Source of the DNA: Candidatus Methanoperedens sp.
GTDB lineage: Archaea > Halobacteriota > Methanosarcinia > Methanosarcinales > Methanoperedenaceae
Length of the DNA: 25,001 nt
Direction of reading: 5' to 3'
NCBI GenBank assembly: GCA_027460615.1
Contig: JAPZAO010000124.1
Location: forward strand, 1-25,001
Part shown: one piece after another, positions 7,583 through 15,222 of the stretch
Layout of the letters: each line of letters starts with the position of its first letter
Numbering within the stretch: position 1 is the stretch's first letter
Notes under the pieces: model-generated
Told to the model about the DNA's origin: nothing
Seen by the model: the letters and a program-made list of their open reading frames with translations, nothing else
Database searches by the model: none
Position numbers and translations under genes: made by a program

Positions 7583-9722
7583 TTTCAATTCCTCCTTCTA
7601 CTATTCTTTCTTCTTCCTTTGGTGGTTCTATTTTACCTGCGGTAATTGCCTGATAAGTTGAAAAACTATAACCAGATAAAATATAAAACACATTCTCCTG
7701 GTTGTTAAGTGGCCAATTACTGGAATAGGTATCCACCAATCGCTTATATTGATGGAATATGGTCTCATTATAGCCTAATATTTTATATTGTGTAAGTTTT
7801 TCAAAAATATCATTTGTCAAATGTATAATTGTCTGGATGTTCATACCTTGAAAATTTATTTTGTTCAAAATAGGTTTGGTTTTATGACCCGATAGGTATT
7901 GCCTGTTTCCAACATTTCCAACAATATACCCAAGCAAAAATAATGCTTTTCTTGGGTCATCATACGTTCCTATATCATTCCAGAATTTTGTAATTTCTTC
8001 TGGAACTGCAATATTTCCTTTTGATTCGTTCATTTTCAACCCTCTTAATAGATTTAGTTTATTGAAGAATAATAATGCAAAGTTTAATTGAATTGTTTTA
8101 AATTCTAAACTGCTTTTTAAATTGATTTTGGGAGAAATATTATATCCATTTCGTCCAAAATGAATTATTCTAATTATTTCAACAAATTGGTCGATTAAAA
8201 ACGAATAATCTATTTTTCTATCTGAAAAAATGGCGTCTAAAATCTCTAAAAATTTTGAATACGCAACATCATTAGCACTAATCGGAATGGTGTAATAAAT
8301 ACCATTCAAGTCAATTTTGAATGTTTTAATATCATTATAACTTTTCGTTACTAATTGGTTTATTTCAAGTTCCATGTTGTTTATTGTGTTCAATCTGCTC
8401 GGTGGCACATCTTTGATTAATCTTAAAATCTTAAAATCACTCTTTCCTTTTCTATAAAATAAATAATTTATAATAAAATTATTTTTTTCATCTCTAAATT
8501 CTTTGAATTGATTTAATTGATTATCGAGGTCGGAGAAAGAATTAAGATTTGTGACCACATTATTTATGTGTTTAATATATCCAGACAATTTCACGAAATC
8601 TAAGTTTGCATTTTTAAAAAGAAGTGTTGGGATGATGTATAGGTTTAACCCCCCGATATATGTTTTCATATTGTTTTCGATAAATCGCTCCCCGGTCATC
8701 AAATCCATATAGCATTCTTTGCAGATATTGAAATTCTTAGTGAATTTACCATCAAAATTGGATGAAAAACCAATTTTATCGGTCATATAAAATTTAAAAT
8801 TTAAGTTAGTAGTATTACTTGTAGTTTGAATATTCGTTTTATCGCAAAGAGAGCATCTACCAGCTTTCAGTAAATTTTTTTTATAATTTTTATTATTAAT
8901 ATCAAAAAGGCAATCTATTTTCTCATCAAAAAGCATTGCCCTGTATTCTTCTCGCTTTATAAGCAAATCATTGTTTAGTTTTACTGAATAAATTGAAACG
9001 CTATCTGTAGTCAAAGATTTACTGTCAAGTAAGTCTTCAATAAATTTCTTCCGCTTATCTTTGTATATCTTTAGTAAGAGATCTTTAATATCTATTTTAT
9101 CTAATTCATCGAGCTTTGATAAAATTTTATTTTTTAGCTCCTCTGAACTGCTTTTGGGAGATACTTCAAACTTTTCTTCTATATCAGAGCAAATATTTTT
9201 AATATCTTTTATTATCGAGTCGATTTCTTTTTTCGTATTTGCAGTTTCAAATCTGTTTTTAACCGTTCCTAACTTGTCTTCAATAAACTTTTTTTTCTCA
9301 TCTACAAAAATAAATTTCTCGGGTTTGATTGTACAGTTTCCATTCTCACTGATGAAAAATTCGTTTAGAACTTTTTTTAGACTTTCTTTGAGGTTTCCTT
9401 CTACCTTGTCCTGAATGTTAGCTATAGAGTCTTCAAGCAGATAATCTATATTTTTTGATGTAAGAAAAATCTGTGGTTTATTGCCAGGATTATTTCCTAA
9501 CCATAGGTATTCCTTTCCAGATTCTTCTTTTACTGCTTCGATCTCACAAATGATTTTCCCTTTTGCTTCATCAAAATTCAATGTCACAATACGTTGTTTA
9601 ATATATTCTCCCTTATTGTTGCGTTTTTCAAGGGGCAATTTTATACAAAGGTTTTCCAATAGCTTTTCTTTTCCTTCCTTTGCATTAATGAATTCCCCGA
9701 TGTTTCTTATCGCCTCAATCAC
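7575..9722 (-). CDS. cas8b: Cas8b (Csh1-like large subunit)
   Basis: 715 aa. Sits at the head of the cas7-cas5-cas3 block. Carries a Cys pair set (CSLCDK ... CKECY). GTG start at 9722 with GGAGGGGG upstream, and no in-frame ATG nearby. About 30% GC. Confidence 0.8.
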   Translation of the reverse strand: MIEAIRNIGEFINAKEGKEKLLENLCIKLPLEKRNNKGEYIKQRIVTLNFDEAKGKIICEIEAVKEESGKEYLWLGNNPGNKPQIFLTSKNIDYLLEDSIANIQDKVEGNLKESLKKVLNEFFISENGNCTIKPEKFIFVDEKKKFIEDKLGTVKNRFETANTKKEIDSIIKDIKNICSDIEEKFEVSPKSSSEELKNKILSKLDELDKIDIKDLLLKIYKDKRKKFIEDLLDSKSLTTDSVSIYSVKLNNDLLIKREEYRAMLFDEKIDCLFDINNKNYKKNLLKAGRCSLCDKTNIQTTSNTTNLNFKFYMTDKIGFSSNFDGKFTKNFNICKECYMDLMTGERFIENNMKTYIGGLNLYIIPTLLFKNANLDFVKLSGYIKHINNVVTNLNSFSDLDNQLNQFKEFRDEKNNFIINYLFYRKGKSDFKILRLIKDVPPSRLNTINNMELEINQLVTKSYNDIKTFKIDLNGIYYTIPISANDVAYSKFLEILDAIFSDRKIDYSFLIDQFVEIIRIIHFGRNGYNISPKINLKSSLEFKTIQLNFALLFFNKLNLLRGLKMNESKGNIAVPEEITKFWNDIGTYDDPRKALFLLGYIVGNVGNRQYLSGHKTKPILNKINFQGMNIQTIIHLTNDIFEKLTQYKILGYNETIFHQYKRLVDTYSSNWPLNNQENVFYILSGYSFSTYQAITAGKIEPPKEEERIVEGGIENE

Positions 9723-10107
9723 TTCCCATCCCCCTCCAGCCCACGCTCTCCCGCCCCCTCATACTCATACTCCTCCCGTGCCCCATCGGCGGGCTTTACA
9801 CCAGCGTTTTCGATACCTTTATTCAAACTATTACCACCAGCCACCTGTTTTTAATGCATTTAATCTCTGCATATTCATCCGTTTTTTATGCGATTGATTA
9901 TTTTGTAAACCACTCATCTCCATATATATCTTTTGAAAGCGGAGTGAAAGTGATTTTTTATTTGCCGCGTGAGATGAACACACTGATTTTGCCTTTGTTC
10001 TATTTCAGTTTTATGATGTTGCATAATTTAGTAACGTTACTTGTGTTACTATAGTCAAGTTCTTAAATAATCGTAACCCAAAAAACAGCCACATCTGGAC
10101 AGAATGA

Positions 10108-10123
10108 ACAGGATTTATCCTGT
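10108..10123. promoter_or_regulatory. Perfect palindrome ACAGGAT-TT-ATCCTGT in the cas8b upstream region
   Basis: 7-bp arms with a 2-bp spacer. A further half-site-like ATCCTGT follows at 10126-10132. Confidence 0.35.
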
Positions 10124-10213
10124 CAATCCTGTTATCCCGTCTGAAAAATGTTTAAATGACATATAAAAATCGAAATTACGGAAACTAACGAACCATGCTA
10201 TAAATTTACAAAT

Positions 10214-10269
10214 CTGCGGTTTATAATTTCGATCTGCATAGAAGCTGCATCGGTTTCCCTGTTGGCGCC
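10214..10269 (-). repeat. Copy C of the roughly 55-bp repeat element, inverted relative to A and B
   Basis: The reverse complement reads GGCGCC-AACAGGGAAA-CCGATGCAGCTTC-TATGCAG-ATCGAAATTATAAACCGCAG. Confidence 0.85.
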
Positions 10270-10297
10270 GTATATATTAATGCGATTTAATATATAC
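10270..10297. promoter_or_regulatory. AT-rich perfect inverted repeat GTATATATTAA-N6-TTAATATATAC (TATA-like, possible divergent promoter or operator)
   Basis: 11-bp arms at 10270-10280 and 10287-10297. It directly abuts copy C and lies about 100 bp upstream of the 10395 ORF. Confidence 0.35.
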
Positions 10298-10394
10298 AAA
10301 TTATATCAAAAAATCTCTTTCTCTCGGAGCGCACAATGAAGTACCCCTCTAACCTAAGATAAACTTAAGAATTAACGAGTAATAAAGAATAATC

Positions 10395-10619
10395 ATGCAA
10401 ATCCAAAAAGTCCTGAATCGGGTTGAAAACCTTGAAAAAGAAATATTGAAGGTAAAACGCAGCCTGTATTCCTACTCGGAAGTCTCTCGCATAAAATCGA
10501 AAAAGAGAATGCACACTGCAGCTCTTGAATTCTTAAAACTACAGGATATTCCGGATAAAATCAAAATAGACTCTGTTGAACTGGTTAGACGAGAGCGAAA
10601 GCATGCAAGAGGATATTAA
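10395..10619 (+). CDS. Small protein, putative antitoxin partner of the downstream PIN-like ORF
   Basis: 74 aa with a coiled-coil-like, basic C-terminus. Its stop overlaps the ATG at 10603 of the next ORF by 17 nt. No family recognised. Confidence 0.4.
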   Translation: MQIQKVLNRVENLEKEILKVKRSLYSYSEVSRIKSKKRMHTAALEFLKLQDIPDKIKIDSVELVRRERKHARGY

Positions 10620-10953
10620 AAACAACAGGGTTACTCTTGATTCTAACGTTCTGATCTCTGCTGTCAAGGAGAACGAAAAATACAGCCGTGATTGCAAAGA
10701 GCTATTAAGCCTTGTGGGCACATCATTTTTACTCTATCAACCTACAGTAACAATCATAGAACTATACAATGGAATTGGCAGGACAAAAGGAGAACCGTCT
10801 GCAAAGAAAGCATTAAAAGATTTTTACAATATGGTTTATCATCTTGAAGACTACGGTTCGCGAAGCCAGTGCGATATGATAAAACTAAAAGATGCTAAAT
10901 ATGATATTTGGCATGTGAGTGATGCGATTAAGGCTATTGGTTTCCATGAGTAA
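10603..10953 (+). CDS. PIN-domain-like (VapC-like) protein, possibly truncated
   Basis: RVTLDSNVLISAV (first PIN acidic strand), TIIELYNGIGR (second acidic residue) and SDAIKAIG (third). It ends before the usual C-terminal xDxF element. The track ORF starts at a TTG at 10576. Confidence 0.5.
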   Translation: MQEDIKNNRVTLDSNVLISAVKENEKYSRDCKELLSLVGTSFLLYQPTVTIIELYNGIGRTKGEPSAKKALKDFYNMVYHLEDYGSRSQCDMIKLKDAKYDIWHVSDAIKAIGFHE

Positions 10954-11079
10954 TTGAAACATATCTCTCAAAAGGCTGGTAGTGATTTCTTATGCGACCG
11001 CCCCTCCACTTCTCCCCTTCCCCAATTTCACAGTATAGAATATAAATTCCAATGACAGGTTTCTGATACAGGTTGCTCT

Positions 11080-12717
11080 ATGCGTGTTCTAATCATTGAT
11101 GGTTACGTGGATGAACCTGCATGCCTCGGCGTACCGCCGTACATGGCGCCCTATCCGAGGTATATAGCCGGCGCTCTTGTTGAAAGAGGGATACAGGAGC
11201 AGGATATAACCTACCGTACCATAGACCAGTTGCGCCAGCGCAAGGAAGTTTTCAGGTTCGACCTCAGCGTAATTATCGCCGGGATGACCGTTCCAGGAAA
11301 ATATCTTCGAGCCTCGCCGATAACCCGGGGCGAGCTCAGGGAACTCTCGCATCTTGAAGGTACAAAGGTAATCGGTGGACCTATCAGGCTGGGTTTCGGG
11401 GAGGAAGGCGGCTCGTCTGCAAAAGAACTGGCTGTTCCGGGATTTACGCTCGCAAAAAAGGACCTAGAGGCATTTGTTTACGATCTGGCTGGCAACCCAA
11501 AAGACCCCGGCGCCGTGGAACACAGGATGAGAACGACATCGGAAATAGGGAGATGGGGCGAAAAGGGCGCATTCATAATCCGCCAGCATCCAGATTACCC
11601 TTATGTGATGTGCGAGCTTGAAACCTACCGCGGATGCCCGCGCCACTCGCACTGCTCTTTCTGCACCGAACCCTTCTACGGGAAACCGGACTACCGTGAA
11701 ATAAAAGATGTGATTAAGGAAGCTGCGGCGCTCTATGCCCACGGCGCGCGCTATTTCAGGATAGGCAGGCAGCCTGATTTATTCATGTACCGGGCAAAAG
11801 ACGGCATCCCGAATCCTGATGCATTGGAGGAACTATACAGCGGGATAAGGAATGCAGCGCCTGAACTCAAGGTGCTTCACATGGACAATGCCAATCCGGT
11901 AACGCTTGCGCGGTATCCGGATGAATCGCGGGAGATTGCGAAAATCATTGTACGATATCACACATCCGGGGACGTGGCGGCGCTTGGCATGGAAAGCGCA
12001 GACCCTGACGTAATAAGGGCGAATGACCTGAAAGCCGCGCCTGATGAAGTTTTTGAAGCCATAAAACTCTTAAACGAAGTCGGGGCTGCGCGGGGAGCAA
12101 GCGGTCTTCCTGAACTTTTGCCCGGGATAAACTTTGTTCATGGCTTGAAGGGCGAGACAAAAAAGACATTTGAGCAAAACTATGAATTCTTAAAAAAAGT
12201 GCTGGATAGCGGCCTCATGGTGCGCAGGGTGAATATCAGGCAGGTAATGACGTTTGCAGGTACCCCGATGTCAGGCCATGACGAGCTTGTAAGGAAAAAC
12301 AAGGATATGTTCCTTCGCTACAAGGAAAAAATCCGAAATGAAATTGACCTTCCCATGCTTCGGCGCGTTGTGCCTGCCGGGACAATTTTGAAAGACGTGA
12401 GGACTGAAGTGTACGATAAAATAACATTTGCCCGCCAGCTTGGCACATACCCTCTTCTTGTCGGAATTCCTTTGAAGCTTGAATTAAACAAATCTTTCGA
12501 TATACTTGTAACTGACCACGGCCATCGGTCTATTACAGGGATTCCGGTGCCCGTAGATATAAACACGGCGCCCGTTAAATTGCTCCAGGTGCTTCCTGGA
12601 ATAGGAAAACAACAGGCTGCAGAAATAATCAGGGGAAAGCCGTTCAGGAACAAAGAGGATGTTATTAATAGGACATCAATCAGGGGATATATATTGGATT
12701 ATATTTCAACGGGTTAA
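11080..12717 (+). CDS. Radical SAM protein with an N-terminal B12-binding-like/Rossmann region and a C-terminal helix-hairpin-helix (COG1031-like)
   Basis: 545 aa. The cluster motif is YRGCPRHSHCSFC (CX5CX2C). The C-terminal VLPGIGKQQAAEIIRGKPF is a helix-hairpin-helix motif. Confidence 0.75.
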   Translation: MRVLIIDGYVDEPACLGVPPYMAPYPRYIAGALVERGIQEQDITYRTIDQLRQRKEVFRFDLSVIIAGMTVPGKYLRASPITRGELRELSHLEGTKVIGGPIRLGFGEEGGSSAKELAVPGFTLAKKDLEAFVYDLAGNPKDPGAVEHRMRTTSEIGRWGEKGAFIIRQHPDYPYVMCELETYRGCPRHSHCSFCTEPFYGKPDYREIKDVIKEAAALYAHGARYFRIGRQPDLFMYRAKDGIPNPDALEELYSGIRNAAPELKVLHMDNANPVTLARYPDESREIAKIIVRYHTSGDVAALGMESADPDVIRANDLKAAPDEVFEAIKLLNEVGAARGASGLPELLPGINFVHGLKGETKKTFEQNYEFLKKVLDSGLMVRRVNIRQVMTFAGTPMSGHDELVRKNKDMFLRYKEKIRNEIDLPMLRRVVPAGTILKDVRTEVYDKITFARQLGTYPLLVGIPLKLELNKSFDILVTDHGHRSITGIPVPVDINTAPVKLLQVLPGIGKQQAAEIIRGKPFRNKEDVINRTSIRGYILDYISTG

Positions 12718-12958
12718 AAATTTGCCATTCTTAATTAGTTGAAGGATGAAAAAATATAGTTTTTGATATTAAGACACAGGCAATGGTAATCCCGACCATT
12801 CTGGTTTTGCTCATAATGACGGTTTTTGTCGCAGTATTTCTCGCAAAGAAGAGGAATCCTGGAAAAGATAATTTTGTTATTTCACCCGAATAGCTAAATA
12901 CATCAAACGCAATAAAATCATATATTGCGGTTATTGGAGGTTAAAGAGGAGGTATAAT

Positions 12959-13186
12959 ATGGATAGAAAAGAAGCTATTAAATTATGCATTTGCAGGCTC
13001 TGCCCAACGTATATCGACTGCGGGGAAGAAATAGCATTTTGCCTTTCAACACCAGGAAAAAGCAAATGCATTAAATTGGAAAAAGGATGTTTGTGCCCGG
13101 GCTGCCCGGTTCATGAAAAAATGGGATTTAAATATGTTTACTATTGCATCCGCGGAAATGAAAAAGACCAGCCAGGAAGAAAGTAA
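12959..13186 (+). CDS. Cys-rich small protein (DUF2769-like)
   Basis: 75 aa with 10 Cys. Motifs CICRLCPTY, CLCPGCPV and YYC. GGAGG-rich RBS (AGAGGAGG) upstream of the ATG. Confidence 0.6.
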   Translation: MDRKEAIKLCICRLCPTYIDCGEEIAFCLSTPGKSKCIKLEKGCLCPGCPVHEKMGFKYVYYCIRGNEKDQPGRK

Positions 13187-13967
13187 AACCTGGAAATGCA
13201 GCGTATGCGGCTACATTTATAAGGGAAATGAGCCCCCTGAAGAGTGCCCCCAGTGCAGCAGTTCATCTAAAGAATATTCGGAACTGAAGGAGAAGCAAAA
13301 GCTTGGATATGATGGGAAAAAATTTGATGTGTTATTGATTAACGGAAGCTCCCACCGGGCTCATAATACCGGCGTTTTAACTGATTTGGCTGAAAAAACC
13401 CTCAAAAGCAAAGGCGTGAGTTTCAGGCGGTTTAACCTGAATGAACTGGATATCCAGCACTGCTGGTGCTGCTACAGCATGAGGGATTCGGCATGCACGT
13501 ACCCGTGCAGGAACCAGCTTGATGATGCGCCTGCGCTTCAAGAAATGATAGTTGATTCCAAGGCAGTGATAATCGCTTCCCCAATAAACTGGAATAATAT
13601 GTCGGCGCGGTTAAAGGATTTCCTGGACAGGCTGACATGCCTTCAAAATCTTTACTTGCTGAAAAAAGAGGGCTTGACAACAGGAAAAGTTATCGGGATT
13701 CTGGTCAACGGCCATGAAGATGGAGGAATGAAAACTGCGATGGACATTTTTATTTACTTCCAGCAAATGGGGTTTGTTCTTGCCCCTTTCGGTTTTATGT
13801 ACAGGACTCATGGCGCGCAATATAACGCAAAAACGGACAATGATTTCTTTAAAGATGACGAAAAATTAAAAAACGAAGTCGAAGGGATTGTCAGCAATGT
13901 TATAGAAACAATGAACCTGGATCTGGAAACTAAACTAAAAGACAGAATAGTTCCTGTCAGCGAATGA
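13158..13967 (+). CDS. Rubredoxin-type zinc ribbon fused to an iron-sulfur-flavoprotein-like / NADPH-dependent FMN reductase-like domain
   Basis: WKCSVCGY...CPQCSS (CxxC-x15-CxxC), then VLLINGSSHR, the compact Cys cluster HCWCCYSMRDSACTYPC, and IIASPINWNNMSARLKDFLDRL. The start is uncertain: the ORF opens at ATG 13113, and ATG 13158 reduces the overlap with the upstream gene to 29 nt. Confidence 0.65.
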   Translation: MKKTSQEESKTWKCSVCGYIYKGNEPPEECPQCSSSSKEYSELKEKQKLGYDGKKFDVLLINGSSHRAHNTGVLTDLAEKTLKSKGVSFRRFNLNELDIQHCWCCYSMRDSACTYPCRNQLDDAPALQEMIVDSKAVIIASPINWNNMSARLKDFLDRLTCLQNLYLLKKEGLTTGKVIGILVNGHEDGGMKTAMDIFIYFQQMGFVLAPFGFMYRTHGAQYNAKTDNDFFKDDEKLKNEVEGIVSNVIETMNLDLETKLKDRIVPVSE

Positions 13968-14046
13968 TATTAAGGCAATGGAAAGCGGTTCTTAATGACA
14001 GATGGTTATAAATACCATCCTGATAAATAATCATTGGAGGTTAATT

Positions 14047-14589
14047 ATGATTAGGAGTAAAATTGTTATCTGGATAGCAGCTATTGCTATCATATCTTCA
14101 TTAATATCGGGCTGTGTGAATCCACCCACTGGAACTCCCACGCCGGTCGTTACACCGGTAACAACACCGACTGCAACACCTATGACGACTCCCGAACCAA
14201 CGCCTGCCACTAGCGTTGTGGTTTTAACAGCCCCGACGACAGCGGTAGCAGGGCAGGGTTTTGTTGTAACCTGGCGGGTCAACAGTCCAACCCAGGTAAC
14301 TATTCCGCATACTGCAGTTCATTATGGTCCGGATTCGAAGTCCGAGCCCCTGACGCTTAAGAGTTATCCAGCTCTGACACCGGTCCAGAACGGAACAATA
14401 CCAAATGATTTCAGTGCAACCATAACCATCGGCAAGACAGGAGTCATATATTACAGGGCGCATGCAATTATCGGCGGCACAAACTACTGGTCTGATGAGC
14501 GGACGATCACCGTAACTGCACCGACGAATGTCTCATCAATGGTCACCCAGACTCCGACGACTACGGCAACCAGTTCCGGAGGATACTGA
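14047..14589 (+). CDS. Lipobox-anchored secreted protein with a Thr/Pro-rich linker and one beta-rich domain, function unknown
   Basis: GGAGG lies 7 nt before ATG 14047. Signal peptide plus LISGC lipobox. About 35 aa of TPTPVVTPVTTPTATPMTTPEPTPAT linker. Then a domain with HTAVHYG and YYRAHA motifs, and a Thr-rich tail. Confidence 0.7.
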   Translation: MIRSKIVIWIAAIAIISSLISGCVNPPTGTPTPVVTPVTTPTATPMTTPEPTPATSVVVLTAPTTAVAGQGFVVTWRVNSPTQVTIPHTAVHYGPDSKSEPLTLKSYPALTPVQNGTIPNDFSATITIGKTGVIYYRAHAIIGGTNYWSDERTITVTAPTNVSSMVTQTPTTTATSSGGY

Positions 14590-14620
14590 TACTGACTTCA
14601 CTTAAAAGTTAATTCAACTT

Positions 14621-14647
14621 AGGAGCCATCCGGTTCCTCATTTTTTT
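14621..14647 (+). terminator. Hairpin plus T7 run downstream of the 14047 gene
   Basis: AGGAGCC-ATCC-GGTTCCT (7-bp stem with one G-U pair), followed by CA and TTTTTTT at 14641-14647. Confidence 0.45.
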
Positions 14648-14719
14648 AAATTTGTCAAAATTTCAGTTCATAACCACAATCCTTATATTACTTTACATGC
14701 ATTGTAAAGTTAGATTCAC

Positions 14720-15178
14720 TTGAAGAAATGGATATTCGTATTACTTGCCCTGCTTGTGCTTATCTCAGGCTGTTTGAACTCCCGGGCGGTTAACACCGGT
14801 ACTTCGCCAAATAAGCCTGATTCAGAAAAATTAACTCTTCAAGGAGTGAAATTCTATACCGACCCATCGATAGCGCTGGGCGCTGCAAAAGAACAGGGGA
14901 AGCCTGTATTTGTTTATGCAAGGTCTGAATCCTGCGGCTGGTGCAAGAAATTCGAAGAAGAGACTTTTACGAATGAGAGTGTTATCAAGACATTAAAAGG
15001 AAACTTCATATTGGTTTCAATAGATGTGTACAACCAGAAGAACGAAACCAGGAATTTCAGGGTACGCGGTACTCCTGCTGAAATATTTCTTGATTCAAAC
15101 GGCACCGAGATAAAAAGGATACCCGGCTATACGGATACTGAAACGTTTCTTAACACAATAAATGATATCGGAAAATAA
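14720..15178 (+). CDS. Thioredoxin-fold lipoprotein (CGWC active site; DsbD-gamma / Thioredoxin_7-like)
   Basis: MKKWIFVLLALLVLISGC signal and lipobox; KPVFVYARSESCGWCKKFEEETF. TTG start; the nearby ATG is out of frame. Confidence 0.75.
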   Translation: MKKWIFVLLALLVLISGCLNSRAVNTGTSPNKPDSEKLTLQGVKFYTDPSIALGAAKEQGKPVFVYARSESCGWCKKFEEETFTNESVIKTLKGNFILVSIDVYNQKNETRNFRVRGTPAEIFLDSNGTEIKRIPGYTDTETFLNTINDIGK

Positions 15179-15180
15179 GA

Positions 15181-15200
15181 CCCCGTATTTAAATACGGGG
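15181..15200 (+). promoter_or_regulatory. Perfect 20-bp palindrome CCCCGTATTTAAATACGGGG between two co-oriented genes
   Basis: 8-bp stem with a TTAA loop, 3 nt after the stop at 15178 and 22 nt before ATG 15223. No following T-run, so it is not a classical terminator. Confidence 0.3.
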
Positions 15201-15222
15201 ACTATAAAAAGAGGCATGAAAA

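Noticed and set aside
9481-10054. ORFs 9481-9897 (138 aa, Pro/His-rich) and 9854-10054 (66 aa) upstream of cas8b
   Set aside because: The first is antisense to the cas8b 5' end and then reads through the C-rich tract, which explains its Pro-rich artefactual translation. The second is AT-rich with no RBS or recognisable fold.
10119-10156. Possible degenerate orphan CRISPR repeat (CTGTCAATCCTGTT... against GTTTCAATCCTTGTT...)
   Set aside because: Only the first 15 nt or so resemble the repeat. The remaining 22 nt do not align, and there is no second copy or spacer periodicity.
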